Shown piece by piece: positions 40,037 to 50,280 of a stretch of DNA of 64,000 nucleotides. The notes beneath the pieces were generated by a model. That model saw only the letters and a program-made list of their open reading frames with translations. It was not told the DNA's origin and did no database searches. The number at the start of each line of letters is the position of its first letter. The stretch's first letter is position 1. The DNA is taken from contig JAALKR010000001.1 of the NCBI GenBank assembly GCA_011087955.1, positions 38,449 to 102,448 on the forward strand, in the 5' to 3' direction. The DNA comes from Oligoflexia bacterium (GTDB lineage: Bacteria; Bdellovibrionota; UBA1018; CAIPTA01; JAALKR01). A program made the translations under genes and the position numbers.

Positions 40037-41434
40037 TTAACTCTCATTCAGTGCATTCACAATTTTTGAGCAAGTCTCTTTTGCGTCCCCAAAAATTAGA
40101 GATGCGTTGTCATAGTAGAAGAGATCGTTGTCCACACCGGAATAACCAGAACCCATAGAGCGCTTCAAGATATAGACTTGTCGTGATCGATAGGCATCGA
40201 GAATAGGCATGCCGAAAAGAGGGCTCGACTTATCTGTCTTCGCTGCTGGATTGACAATATCATTGGCGCCAACAACTAGCACAACGTCTGCAGTAGAAAA
40301 ATCTCCATTCACTTCTTCAAGTTCTTCTACACACTCATAGGGAATATCGGCTTCCGCGAGCAACACATTCATATGTCCGGGCATCCGACCTGCAACTGGA
40401 TGAATAGCAAATTTCATTTCAATGTCGCGGGCAAGCAAAATATCGTAGAGCTCGCGCAGGGCATGCTGGGCTTGGGCCACTGCCATTCCATATCCAGGAA
40501 CCACGATCACCTTACTCGCGTTCTCCATTAAGAAGGCAGCGTCTTCTGCCGCTGCCGACTTAACTGGCTTACGCTCCTTATCTCCAGAGGCCTCCTCTGC
40601 TTTGCCACCAAATCCACCAAGAATAACAGATATGAACGAGCGGTTCATTGCCTTACACATAATGTAGGAGAGGATTGCGCCCGAAGACCCAACAAGCGCG
40701 CCTGTCGCGATCAACAGATTATTACCGAGAGTGAAACCTGTCGCCGAAGCTGCCCAACCAGAGTAGGAGTTGAGCATCGAAACCACTACCGGCATATCTG
40801 CACTACCGATTGGAATCACAATTAGAACCCCAAATACAAAAGCGATCACGGTTAGAGTAATCAGGGCCGACATATCTGGATCGATTGAAAACTTCGCACA
40901 AAGGCCAATCGTGACAAGTAGTAAAACTAAGTTAAGGATATGTTGTCCAGGGAAAATGACCGGACTAGAGCTCAGAGAGCCTTTCAACTTACCAAAGGCA
41001 ATAATCGATCCAGTAAATGTGATTGCACCAATTGCCGCACCTAAAGAAATTTCTGTTCCAAAGACTGCATCAAATACCTTATGAGAGAGCCCATCGACTT
41101 CCATCATATAAGTTCCGATTGCAACTAAAACCGCTGACAGTCCGACGAAGGAGTGAAGCGCAGCCACTAATTCCGGCATCGAAGTCATTTGAATACGTAA
41201 AGCAACAGTAGTGCCAATTATCGCACCGCCAACAATACCAGCTATGATCCAGGTGTAGCTTGTTACGGCTGGATTGACGAGAGTGGCTACGATTGCCAGT
41301 CCCATGCCGAGCATTGCAAAATTATTTCCTCGTAAGGCAGTCTTTGGTGAAGCAAGTCCCTTCAACCCAAAGATAAAAAAAATCGTAGCGATCAAATAGA
41401 CAAAAGCATAACCATCTTGGCTTAATTGCAACAT
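40037..41434 (-). CDS. pntB: NAD(P) transhydrogenase subunit beta
   Basis: MPELVAALHSFVG, SMLNSYSG, HPVAGRMPGHMNVLLAEA. Confidence 0.97.
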   Translation of the reverse strand: MLQLSQDGYAFVYLIATIFFIFGLKGLASPKTALRGNNFAMLGMGLAIVATLVNPAVTSYTWIIAGIVGGAIIGTTVALRIQMTSMPELVAALHSFVGLSAVLVAIGTYMMEVDGLSHKVFDAVFGTEISLGAAIGAITFTGSIIAFGKLKGSLSSSPVIFPGQHILNLVLLLVTIGLCAKFSIDPDMSALITLTVIAFVFGVLIVIPIGSADMPVVVSMLNSYSGWAASATGFTLGNNLLIATGALVGSSGAILSYIMCKAMNRSFISVILGGFGGKAEEASGDKERKPVKSAAAEDAAFLMENASKVIVVPGYGMAVAQAQHALRELYDILLARDIEMKFAIHPVAGRMPGHMNVLLAEADIPYECVEELEEVNGDFSTADVVLVVGANDIVNPAAKTDKSSPLFGMPILDAYRSRQVYILKRSMGSGYSGVDNDLFYYDNASLIFGDAKETCSKIVNALNES

Positions 41435-41446
41435 CTCTTCGTCTCG

Positions 41447-41731
41447 CTATTTCTTCTTAAACATGGCTAAAATTCGGTTCGTAACAATGAATCCACCAAA
41501 GATATTTATTGATGCAAGAAAAACGGCAAAGAAGCCAATCACTTCAGGCCAATTAAAACCATCACCAAATGCCCCAGAAACAAGGATTGCTCCAACGATC
41601 ACAATTGCTGAAATAGCGTTCGTCACAGCCATTAGTGGAGTGTGTAGAGCCGGGGTAACTCCCCAAACTACGTGATAACCCACGAAGCAGGAAAACACGA
41701 AAACATATATTCCCATCATTGTGTCAGACAT
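41447..41731 (-). CDS. pntA2: NAD(P) transhydrogenase alpha, membrane part (alpha2)
   Basis: [20 protein letters not shown]. Confidence 0.95.
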   Translation of the reverse strand: MSDTMMGIYVFVFSCFVGYHVVWGVTPALHTPLMAVTNAISAIVIVGAILVSGAFGDGFNWPEVIGFFAVFLASINIFGGFIVTNRILAMFKKK

Positions 41732-41746
41732 CCCTACACAGTCTCC

Positions 41747-42865
41747 TTACTTAGGTTGAAAACGGATTTCACCTTTATGCGCCGCCAGTGCAGCGTCAAC
41801 AATATCGTCTTCAAAATCAAATTTAATTTTCAAGCTGGAATCATCCATGTCGATGAATAACTCAAGTAAATTCACTAAATTATTTGAAAAGAATGTACTG
41901 GAGTCACTCGCTACAAGGGCGGGGTAATTAGTATGTCCCACAATTGTTACTCCATACTTTTGAATAACTTGATCTACCTCACTTAGAGGACAATTGCCAC
42001 CATTGGCTGTGGCCATATCAACAATTACAGACCCAGTGCGCATGGCTTTCACCGTTTCACCTAAGACTAACTCTGGGGCTTTCCTCCCTGGAATATTTGC
42101 GGTAGTAACAACTATATCAAATCCCTTAAGTTTCTCTTGCAATTGATCTTGTTGCTTCTTTTTGGCTTCAGCAGAAAGTTCTTTTGCATAGCCACCTTCA
42201 CCGGAGCCACTCTCATCAATATCAATTTGGATTACTTTTGCGCCCAATGATTCAATTTGCTCTACCACTTCCGGGCGAACATCATAAGCTTCTACGTTTG
42301 CACCCAGACGTCGAGCCGTAGCGATAGCTTGCAGTCCGGCTACACCCACACCAAGCACAGCCAACTTGGCCGGCTTTGCCATACCTGCTGAAGTCATCAT
42401 CATCGGCACAAATTTTTGGTAGTGAAGAGCTGCTTCTACTACCGCTCGATAGCCCGCAATATTAGCTTGTGAAGAGAGCACATCCATTGATTGTGCGCGA
42501 GAAGTTCTTGGAATTAATTCTAATGCTACTGCTGAAACATTCATTTCGGCCATGGCACACGTAGTTTCTGGCGCTAAATATGAGTTCAGCAAAGACATGT
42601 ATAGAGTGTGCGGCTTTAAGAGTTTAATTTCATCTGTGGTCGGAGGATGAATTTTGAAAACTATATCGCAAGCAAATGCATCTTCTCGACTACAGGTCTC
42701 AACGCCTGCCGCTGTAAGGTCGGCGTCAGAAAGGCTAGCGGAAATTGCAGCGCCAGACTCAACAAGTATAGAGAATCCCTTCTTTTTCAGTTTCTTGATT
42801 GCCTGTAGGCTAATTGCCACTCGCGTTTCTCTAGCTTGGCTTTCCTTTGGAATTCCGACCTTCAT
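41747..42865 (-). CDS. pntA1: NAD(P) transhydrogenase alpha, soluble domain (alpha1)
   Basis: PRTSRAQSMDVLSSQ, GVGVAGLQA, GGYAKE, GGNC. Confidence 0.95.
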   Translation of the reverse strand: MKVGIPKESQARETRVAISLQAIKKLKKKGFSILVESGAAISASLSDADLTAAGVETCSREDAFACDIVFKIHPPTTDEIKLLKPHTLYMSLLNSYLAPETTCAMAEMNVSAVALELIPRTSRAQSMDVLSSQANIAGYRAVVEAALHYQKFVPMMMTSAGMAKPAKLAVLGVGVAGLQAIATARRLGANVEAYDVRPEVVEQIESLGAKVIQIDIDESGSGEGGYAKELSAEAKKKQQDQLQEKLKGFDIVVTTANIPGRKAPELVLGETVKAMRTGSVIVDMATANGGNCPLSEVDQVIQKYGVTIVGHTNYPALVASDSSTFFSNNLVNLLELFIDMDDSSLKIKFDFEDDIVDAALAAHKGEIRFQPK

Positions 42866-42967
42866 GTTACCTCTATAAAATTTTTGACCTATGCCACTTT
42901 TATAACGCTATCTGTTGGAATTTGCAGGTCAATTTTTGACGTGAAGACAAGAATAAATCAATCTATT

Positions 42968-43741
42968 TTAGTCAGTTACATTTGACGCGAATGCTTCTGG
43001 GATAGCGGCAGCCGTGCGTTGAAAAACGGACTCATCACCCGGGCGCCCCGGAGAAACCCAAGCCCAAGCACAAATCATATCTTTCTCTCGTGTGTTCTCA
43101 AATTGAGGCAAGCAAGCAACCAGCAATCCACGACGATCCTTATGATTTCCACGAACAGCGGTTTCCAATTTGTGATGCCAGTTCGAAAACTCTTCCAAGT
43201 AGATTATTTCCGAATATGCTTTGCTCGATAGTCCAAATTTTTTAATTTCATAGGCACGTTTAGAGGCAAAATCAGTCAGATTAGAAATCGGGTGAGGAAT
43301 TTCCTTCATTCTATCTTCATGCTCAAATTCAATCTCGCAAACACCCAACAGTTTTTCTAACTCAGCCTCAATATCTTGGTCACCCTCTAAGCCAGTTCGA
43401 ATTTTAAGTAAGACTTCGGCTGCCGCAGGGCCATTGCGAATAGCGTGCGAACCAATGGCTATTTTCCCAAAGCAATTTGACAGCTCGATAATTGTCTTTT
43501 GCTGGGCTTCAGAACACTCGATGATTTTTGCCAACCCCTTTAAGGAATGAGTAAAGTCATATAGAGGCTCCCAGTTTGGAAGATAGGAGGCAATCTCCGG
43601 AAGGTTTTGCATCCGTCGTGCCGTCTCTTCTAAAGCTTCCAATAAGCTAGGAAGTCGATCCGTGTAGGTAGGTAAATTAGTGCTAGTTTCCGTTATGCTT
43701 GGATCTGCGGATGACTTTGCCATTGCGTAGTCCCTTTTCAT
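42968..43741 (-). CDS. Hypothetical protein with Hpt-like motif
   Basis: LYDFTHSLKGLAKII in a helical N-terminal half. Confidence 0.55.
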   Translation of the reverse strand: MKRDYAMAKSSADPSITETSTNLPTYTDRLPSLLEALEETARRMQNLPEIASYLPNWEPLYDFTHSLKGLAKIIECSEAQQKTIIELSNCFGKIAIGSHAIRNGPAAAEVLLKIRTGLEGDQDIEAELEKLLGVCEIEFEHEDRMKEIPHPISNLTDFASKRAYEIKKFGLSSKAYSEIIYLEEFSNWHHKLETAVRGNHKDRRGLLVACLPQFENTREKDMICAWAWVSPGRPGDESVFQRTAAAIPEAFASNVTD

Positions 43742-44069
43742 TCATCTTGGAGCGCAGTTCCTCTAATGCCTTAATGAGTCTCTCGTTCTTTTCCAGGTGT
43801 TTTGAGCCTGTCTTACTTAGCTTCCGCGAACCCACTACATGGGGTTTCGACGACTCGGCAATTGCGTCTGGTGCAAATACATCGAAGTTACTCTCGGTAC
43901 GAGTAACGGTGGATAATGAATCAGTGGACAATGAATCGGTCACTATAGCATCCAGAGTATTAAACTGAGCCAACCTCTGACTCTGGGATCCACTCATTAT
44001 CTGGGGTTCGCTCATTATACACTCCAAGAGCTGAATGCTAAACTCAAGCGACTCACTATTGCTACTCAA
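43683..44069 (-). CDS. Hypothetical protein (low-complexity N-part, short C-terminal coiled coil)
   Basis: Overlaps both neighbours on the same strand; TDSLS twice; LEKNERLIKALEELR; start uncertain. Confidence 0.5.
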   Translation of the reverse strand: MSSNSESLEFSIQLLECIMSEPQIMSGSQSQRLAQFNTLDAIVTDSLSTDSLSTVTRTESNFDVFAPDAIAESSKPHVVGSRKLSKTGSKHLEKNERLIKALEELRSKMNEKGLRNGKVIRRSKHNGN

Positions 44070-44506
44070 ACACCATCCTCCAACGAGGCATACGATATGC
44101 TCTTATTGTTTAGCGAGGACTTAATGTTCTTCGCAATATCCTCAGGCCAAGTCGCATCCACAAAGCAAACTTCATCAACTTGTAATTTTTCTAGCGACTC
44201 AATGATCGACTCAACATCTTGATCATTGAATTCATCATTCTTTGAAGTGTAAATAAGTAAATTCGATTCCCCTAAGTGACGCTGAGATGGAATCATCGTT
44301 ATGCTTCCCTCTTTCAATACTTTGGATCGCACGAGGCGAGAAACTTGGCCATGCAATCGCCAATCAAAATAGCCTAGTGGCCCTTCCATTGTTTCTCCCG
44401 CTTCGGATCCGTTCGTGCGTTTAAAGGCCGCAAAAAGCCAGCGATGCTTGGAATTATCCAGCTTCAGCTTTAGAGATTCTAAGCTTTTTCGATCCAAGCG
44501 AGCCAT
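44066..44506 (-). CDS. Peptidase M17 N-terminal-like domain protein
   Basis: GPLGYFDWRLHGQVSRLV motif; downstream of nusB. Confidence 0.55.
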   Translation of the reverse strand: MARLDRKSLESLKLKLDNSKHRWLFAAFKRTNGSEAGETMEGPLGYFDWRLHGQVSRLVRSKVLKEGSITMIPSQRHLGESNLLIYTSKNDEFNDQDVESIIESLEKLQVDEVCFVDATWPEDIAKNIKSSLNNKSISYASLEDGV

Positions 44507-44541
44507 GTCTTGATTGTAGCGTGTAAGGAGCTAAGGAGCAA

Positions 44542-44991
44542 TTATTGTCGTACTTTATCTGGGTTCTTTGGTAAAGACTTCCAAATTTGATCGAGGATTC
44601 CATTAATAAAGGCTCCAGATTCATCCGTCCCATATCGCTTAGCAATTTCCACGGCCTCATTGATAGATACTGAACTAGGCACATCATTCAAAGAAGTGAG
44701 TTCAAATAAGGCCAAACGCAGAATATTTCGGTCGACTACAGCCATTCGTTCTAGCTTCCAATGCTCACTCTGCTTGGCAATTAAGTGGTTGAACTCAGAA
44801 TAATGCTCTAACGTGCCCTTAATCAGGACAAATAAGAAGCTCTCGTCCGTCGCGGACCTCTGCATAAATGACTCATAAAAGAAGTTGAGAAGATGGCCCA
44901 CAAACCCATCATCGATGGATTCGGGAATTTTCGTCCCATCAATACTATACAAAATTTGCATTGCCGCTTCACGCGACTTTCGCCTACGCAT
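44542..44991 (-). CDS. nusB: Transcription antitermination factor NusB
   Basis: RRKSREAAMQILY, DRNILRL, INEAVEIAKRYG, FINGILD. Confidence 0.95.
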   Translation of the reverse strand: MRRRKSREAAMQILYSIDGTKIPESIDDGFVGHLLNFFYESFMQRSATDESFLFVLIKGTLEHYSEFNHLIAKQSEHWKLERMAVVDRNILRLALFELTSLNDVPSSVSINEAVEIAKRYGTDESGAFINGILDQIWKSLPKNPDKVRQ

Positions 44992-45012
44992 ATGTCTACC
45001 TATGAAAACAAG

Positions 45013-46314
45013 TTATTTATAAATTGGAAATTTTTCGCATAACTGGTTCACGCTCTGAGAAATTTCAGCCTTGAGCGCATCGTCTATTTCACGATTTTTG
45101 CCTTCTTTGCTCTCTAAATGGTTGCAAGCTTGGTTAATCCAGCTTGCAATTTGCTGCATCTCTGGCTCTTTCATTCCGCGAGTGGTAACTGCCGGTGAGC
45201 CGATACGGATTCCACTTGTTACAAATGGAGAGCGAGTCTCAAAAGGAATAGTGTTTTTATTGACTGTAATATGAACTGAGTCCAATGCCTTTTCTACTTC
45301 CTTCCCCGTTAGGCCCTTGGCGCCAACATCTAACAAAACCAGGTGGTTTTCCGTTCCTCCTGAAACCAGGCGAAGTCCATCTTTGGAAAGTTCAGTGGAT
45401 AGTGCTTGCGCATTCTTAATAGTTTGCGCTTGGTAGTCTTTAAACTCAGGGCGAAGCGCCTCACCAAAGGCGGCGGCTTTAGCCAAGATTGTGTGCATTA
45501 ATGGTCCGCCTTGCAAGCCTGGGAATATGACAGAGTTAATTTTCTTTTCATGTTCCATTTTTGCTAAAATGACTCCACCGCGAGGTCCGCGCAAAGTCTT
45601 ATGTGTAGTGCTAGTAACAAAGTCTGCGTGAGGAATTGGAGATGGGTGTAGTCCAGCCGCCACAAGGCCTGCAATATGAGCCATATCTACTAAGAGGCAC
45701 GCACCCACGTCCTTTGCGATAGCTCCAAGACATTCGAAGTCCCACTGGTAGGCATATGCACTAGCGCCACCAATGATCATCTTTGGCCTTAAGGATTTTG
45801 CCCGCTCATGAATTGCATCATAATCGAGTTTTTCTGTTTCTTGATTCACCTGATAGTGGTGCGCCTCATAGAGCTTGCCCGAAAAGTTCACTGAAGATCC
45901 ATGAGTTAAGTGGCCACCATGGCTTAAGTCTAACCCGAGAATTTTGTCTCCCGGCTCTAGGAAGGCGAGGTATACTCCCATATTTGCTGAGGCTCCGCTA
46001 TGGGCTTGCACATTAGCCATATATGGAGTTTCGGAATCATTGCCGCAATTATAGAGTTTTCTTAGCCGGTCCTTGGCTAAATTTTCGCCGATATCCACAT
46101 ACTGACAACCACCGTAATAACGCTTACCTGGATATCCTTCCGCATATTTATTCGTTAGGACAGAACCCATTGCCGCCATTACAGCTGCAGAGGCATAATT
46201 TTCTGAAGCAATTAACTCGAGTCCAGTTTCCTGACGATCTAATTCTTGAGTAAGCACAGAAAAAGCTTCTGGATCTTGTTCCTGTAAGAAGCTAGGCGCT
46301 AAATAGTGAAACAT
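45013..46314 (-). CDS. glyA: Serine hydroxymethyltransferase
   Basis: [33 protein letters not shown]. Confidence 0.98.
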   Translation of the reverse strand: MFHYLAPSFLQEQDPEAFSVLTQELDRQETGLELIASENYASAAVMAAMGSVLTNKYAEGYPGKRYYGGCQYVDIGENLAKDRLRKLYNCGNDSETPYMANVQAHSGASANMGVYLAFLEPGDKILGLDLSHGGHLTHGSSVNFSGKLYEAHHYQVNQETEKLDYDAIHERAKSLRPKMIIGGASAYAYQWDFECLGAIAKDVGACLLVDMAHIAGLVAAGLHPSPIPHADFVTSTTHKTLRGPRGGVILAKMEHEKKINSVIFPGLQGGPLMHTILAKAAAFGEALRPEFKDYQAQTIKNAQALSTELSKDGLRLVSGGTENHLVLLDVGAKGLTGKEVEKALDSVHITVNKNTIPFETRSPFVTSGIRIGSPAVTTRGMKEPEMQQIASWINQACNHLESKEGKNREIDDALKAEISQSVNQLCEKFPIYK

Positions 46315-46772
46315 TATTTTTCCTCCAACGCGTGGATCTTACCAATTCTTCGCTTGTGGCGAGATTTAACCCCCTCATCGCCATCTCCACCAAGATTAGA
46401 ATCTAACCAGGTTCGAACCATTAAAAGAGCATTTTCAGAACCGGTAACACGTTCACCGATACAAAGAACGTTCGCGTCATTGTGCTCTTTCGCCATGCGC
46501 GCGGTAAAGATCGACTCAACGTGAGCCGCCCGAATTCCTTTGTATTTGTTGGCCGCAAGGCTCATTCCAATTCCAGTTCCACAGATGAGAATACCTAGAT
46601 CCGCTTTTCCTTCCCGAACAGCTAAGCAAACCTTTTCTGCAAAGTCAGGGTAGTCCACAGACTCAGAACCCTCGGTCCCAAAATTTTCAAATACATGACC
46701 TTTCACATTATTATGAAGAAAGTCTTTCAGTACACGCCCTGCGTGATCCGATCCGATCGCGATATTCGCCAT
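46314..46772 (-). CDS. rpiB: Ribose-5-phosphate isomerase B
   Basis: [28 protein letters not shown]. Confidence 0.95.
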   Translation of the reverse strand: MANIAIGSDHAGRVLKDFLHNNVKGHVFENFGTEGSESVDYPDFAEKVCLAVREGKADLGILICGTGIGMSLAANKYKGIRAAHVESIFTARMAKEHNDANVLCIGERVTGSENALLMVRTWLDSNLGGDGDEGVKSRHKRRIGKIHALEEK

Positions 46773-46810
46773 GGAAATCTCCTATTGGTTTTACAGACTC
46801 AAGTCCGCAA

Positions 46811-48082
46811 TTAGACTTTTGAAAAAACTAAACTAGCGTTCGTGCCACCGAAGCCGAAGCTATTATTCATTACCACCGAACAATCTTTCCGGATCGCTTC
46901 GTTTGCAGCGTAGTTCAAGCGGCATTGTTCATCTTGGTTATCGAGATTAATGGTCGGTGGAATATCACTGGTTTCCATTACCTTCAACGAGACACAGGAT
47001 TCCAGTCCACCAGCTCCACCAAGCAAATGCCCAGTCATAGATTTAGTGGACGCCATGATAAGTTCTTTTGCGTGTGCGCCAAATAGTTGCTCAACCGCCA
47101 AGGACTCAGCAATATCTCCCATTGGTGTGGAAGTGCCATGTGCATTAATATAGTCAACTGAGTCTGGATCAATCTTTCCATGAGACAGAGCAAGCCTCAT
47201 ACAATCGCGGGCGCCTCTTCCGTCTGCACAAGGGGCAGTCATATGGTTCGCGTCCGAGTTTGTCGCGTAACCTGCAACCTCACCATAGATGCGCGCTCCA
47301 CGTTTTTTAGCATGCTCATAATCTTCGAGAATTAAAACTCCAGCACCTTCGCCGATCACAAAGCCATCACGATCCTTATCAAACGGTCGGGAAGCTTTTT
47401 CTGGTTCATCATTGCGCACACTCAATGCTTTCATTGAAGCAAAGCCACCAACACCGGTCCAGCCAATAGCCGCTTCACATCCACCGGCAATCATTACATC
47501 AGCATCACCGCGAGAGATCAGCATCGCAGACTCACCAATACTATGAGTGCCAGTCGCACAAGCCGAAGCGATACAAGCATTATGCCCTTGCACGTTTAGC
47601 ATAATGGAAAGGTGTCCACTAGTAAGGTTGGGAATCACTGCTGGAATGAAAAAAGGAGATATTCGCTGAGGCCCCTTCTTCAGAACTAAGTCAACAGCCT
47701 TTTCAATGGTCGGTAAGCCACCCATTCCGGAGCTAACATAAACGCCAACTCTTGTAGGCTCTAGACCGGTTTCATCAGTTCGACCTTTAAATCCCGCGTC
47801 TTCCCAAGCTTGCATCGTTGCCTCAATGCCTAGGAGGATAAAGCGTCCCATCTTCTTTTGCTCTTTGGGAGAAATATATTTACTGGAATCAAAGCCTTTC
47901 ACTTCACAAGCAAAGCGAACTGAAAAGTCCGAAGGGTCGAAAAGAGTAATACCAGCCGCACCAGATCTGCCGGCAAGAAGGTTCTCCCACGTCTCGTCAA
48001 TGTTAAGACCCAAAGGAGTGATAGCACCCATTCCGGTGACCATCACCCGTCGCTGTTGATTTGGCCAATTAGCAAGGCTCAT
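46811..48082 (-). CDS. fabF: 3-oxoacyl-ACP synthase II
   Basis: SACATG, NAHGTST, TGHLLG, NSFGFGG. Confidence 0.96.
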   Translation of the reverse strand: MSLANWPNQQRRVMVTGMGAITPLGLNIDETWENLLAGRSGAAGITLFDPSDFSVRFACEVKGFDSSKYISPKEQKKMGRFILLGIEATMQAWEDAGFKGRTDETGLEPTRVGVYVSSGMGGLPTIEKAVDLVLKKGPQRISPFFIPAVIPNLTSGHLSIMLNVQGHNACIASACATGTHSIGESAMLISRGDADVMIAGGCEAAIGWTGVGGFASMKALSVRNDEPEKASRPFDKDRDGFVIGEGAGVLILEDYEHAKKRGARIYGEVAGYATNSDANHMTAPCADGRGARDCMRLALSHGKIDPDSVDYINAHGTSTPMGDIAESLAVEQLFGAHAKELIMASTKSMTGHLLGGAGGLESCVSLKVMETSDIPPTINLDNQDEQCRLNYAANEAIRKDCSVVMNNSFGFGGTNASLVFSKV

Positions 48083-48117
48083 AGTTTGCTCGCCTCGTGC
48101 TTGGTTACGTTAGCTTT

Positions 48118-48357
48118 TTAGCTAGCGTTCTTTTTTTCTTTGATGTACATGACGACGTCGCCAACAGTCTTCATTTTTTCGGCGTCTTCATCCGGAATAT
48201 CGAGTTCAAACTCCTCTTCCATTGTCATTACGAGCTCAACAATGTCGAGACTGTCCGCACCCAAATCGTCAATAAAAGATGCAGTTCCTGTTACTTTTTC
48301 TGTTTCAACCGCAAGCTGGTCACAAATGATGTTTTTCACTCGATCTTGAATATCCAT
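48118..48357 (-). CDS. acpP: Acyl carrier protein
   Basis: [14 protein letters not shown]. Confidence 0.97.
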   Translation of the reverse strand: MDIQDRVKNIICDQLAVETEKVTGTASFIDDLGADSLDIVELVMTMEEEFELDIPDEDAEKMKTVGDVVMYIKEKKNAS

Positions 48358-48445
48358 AGATACCTATCCTACTATTATTGAACACCTTAACTGGTCCTAA
48401 GACTAGACTTCTTAACACCTCTTTTTAGAGCTGCAAACTAAAACT

Positions 48446-49234
48446 TTACATATAGAGGCCGCCGTTGATGCCAATAACTTGACCGGTCACATAAGCAGAT
48501 CTTAATGATGCAAGCCATAAAGTGGCTTCGGCTATATCCTCGACAGACCCAAACCTTCTCAAAGCGATATTATCCGCCATCGCTTTCCTTGCATCTTCAG
48601 GCAATTGATTGGTCATGTCCGTCTCGATAAAGCCGGGTGCTATGACGTTTACACGCACACCCCTGGAGCCCAATTCACGGGCAGCTGATTTTGAAAAACC
48701 AATAATTCCAGCTTTTGAAGCACAGTAGGAGCCTTGACCCGAGTTACCCATTTGAGCAACGACCGAACTCATATTGACGATAGATCCAGCTCGAGCCTTC
48801 ATCATCGCCTTTGTAACTGCTTTCGTCATAAGGAAGGTGCCTTTAAGGTTTGTTTCTAAGACTGTGTCCCAATCTTCTGCGGAATGTCGAAGCATGAGGT
48901 TATCGCGAGTAATCCCTGCGTTGTTGACCAAAATATCGACTTTACCTTGGTCTGCTAGAACGGATTGAACTGCATCATTTACCAGCGCTTCATTGGCCAC
49001 GGAAAACGCACGAACCGCGCCTCCGGCGGAAGCTGGTGCAATGCCTTCTGCCTTCATGCCCTCGATCTCTTTTAATACTTCCTCGGCTTTAGCCGTATTG
49101 CTAGCACAATTTAGTAAAACCCAAGCTCCTTCCCGAGCTAGTCGCAAAGCAACCGCTCGCCCGATTCCGCGAGAGGCTCCTGTAACAATCGCTGTTTTCC
49201 CTTCAAGTTCCCATTGAGTATTTACTGTCATCAT
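48446..49234 (-). CDS. fabG: 3-oxoacyl-ACP reductase
   Basis: TGASRGIG, NNAGITRD, YCASK, PGFIETDMT. Confidence 0.95.
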   Translation of the reverse strand: MMTVNTQWELEGKTAIVTGASRGIGRAVALRLAREGAWVLLNCASNTAKAEEVLKEIEGMKAEGIAPASAGGAVRAFSVANEALVNDAVQSVLADQGKVDILVNNAGITRDNLMLRHSAEDWDTVLETNLKGTFLMTKAVTKAMMKARAGSIVNMSSVVAQMGNSGQGSYCASKAGIIGFSKSAARELGSRGVRVNVIAPGFIETDMTNQLPEDARKAMADNIALRRFGSVEDIAEATLWLASLRSAYVTGQVIGINGGLYM

Positions 49235-49240
49235 AAACTC

Positions 49241-50227
49241 CTAGAATCGTATCAATGAGGCTGCCGACGTTAATCCACCACCGAATGTTGCAAATAAAAC
49301 TAAGTCACCGCGCTGTACCCGGCCTTCGCGAACAGCTTCGTCAAATACCGTCGGGCAAGTCGCTGCGCTAGTATTACCGTATTTGTGTACATTAAGGAAA
49401 GTTTTCTCCATCGGTATCTCTAGCTTTTTATTGATGGCTTCAATAATGCGAATATTGGCTTGGTGTGGAACAAACCACGTAATGTCATCCACCATATAGT
49501 CGCTCTCTTTCAATACTTCGCAGCAACGATCGACTAAAGCTCGGACTGCAAATTTAAAAACTTCCCGACCATTCATTGCAATGTATTGACCTGGTTGCCC
49601 TAAACGCTCTTCAGTCACGGGGAATCGAGACCCGCCGAAACGAATATCCAGGATGCTTTCATAATTCCCATCGGATAACATTTTCGTTGAGTAGATACGA
49701 CTTTCTTCATTTTTTTCTGCACGACTAATTACAGTTGCTCCTGCCCCATCGCCGAACAGAACGCATGTATTGCGATCGTTCCAGTTTATAAATCGAGATA
49801 GGGCTTCCGCACCAATAACTAAAATATTTTTATAAGCTCCTGTGCGGATAAACTGATCTGCAACGGATAGCCCAAGCACCCAACCAGCGCAAGCTGCGTT
49901 CAAGTCAAAAGCAACTGCATTCTTTGCCCCGATCTTTGGTTGCATTATGCAAGCAGTTGCAGGAAGAATTTTGTCTGGGGTGTTTGTGCAGTAAAGAATA
50001 AGCCCGACATCCTCTGCCGATAAACCAGCCATTTCTAGCGCTTTCTTGGAGGCCGCCGCGCCAAGATCGGAATTCTCCTCCCCTTCGGAAACCTTTCTCC
50101 GCGTTAGAATTCCTGTCCGCTCCCGAATCCACTCATCGGAAGTGTCAACCACCTTCTCTAACTCGTGATTGCTCAATTCTTGTTCGGGAAAAGCAGAACC
50201 AGTCCCAAGAATTTTTGTATTATACAT
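49241..50227 (-). CDS. fabH: 3-oxoacyl-ACP synthase III
   Basis: AACAG, FGDGAGA, HQANIRI, YGNTSAA. Confidence 0.96.
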   Translation of the reverse strand: MYNTKILGTGSAFPEQELSNHELEKVVDTSDEWIRERTGILTRRKVSEGEENSDLGAAASKKALEMAGLSAEDVGLILYCTNTPDKILPATACIMQPKIGAKNAVAFDLNAACAGWVLGLSVADQFIRTGAYKNILVIGAEALSRFINWNDRNTCVLFGDGAGATVISRAEKNEESRIYSTKMLSDGNYESILDIRFGGSRFPVTEERLGQPGQYIAMNGREVFKFAVRALVDRCCEVLKESDYMVDDITWFVPHQANIRIIEAINKKLEIPMEKTFLNVHKYGNTSAATCPTVFDEAVREGRVQRGDLVLFATFGGGLTSAASLIRF

Positions 50228-50232
50228 GATTG

Positions 50233-50280
50233 TTTTCCCTACTATTTTCCTTACTATTTTCCTTACTATTTTCCTTACTG
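50233..50280 (-). repeat. Four tandem copies of a 12-bp unit (TAGTAAGGAAAA) spanning the plsX stop to the fabH RBS
   Basis: Plus strand: TTTTCCCTACTA TTTTCCTTACTA TTTTCCTTACTA TTTTCCTTACTG. Confidence 0.9.
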
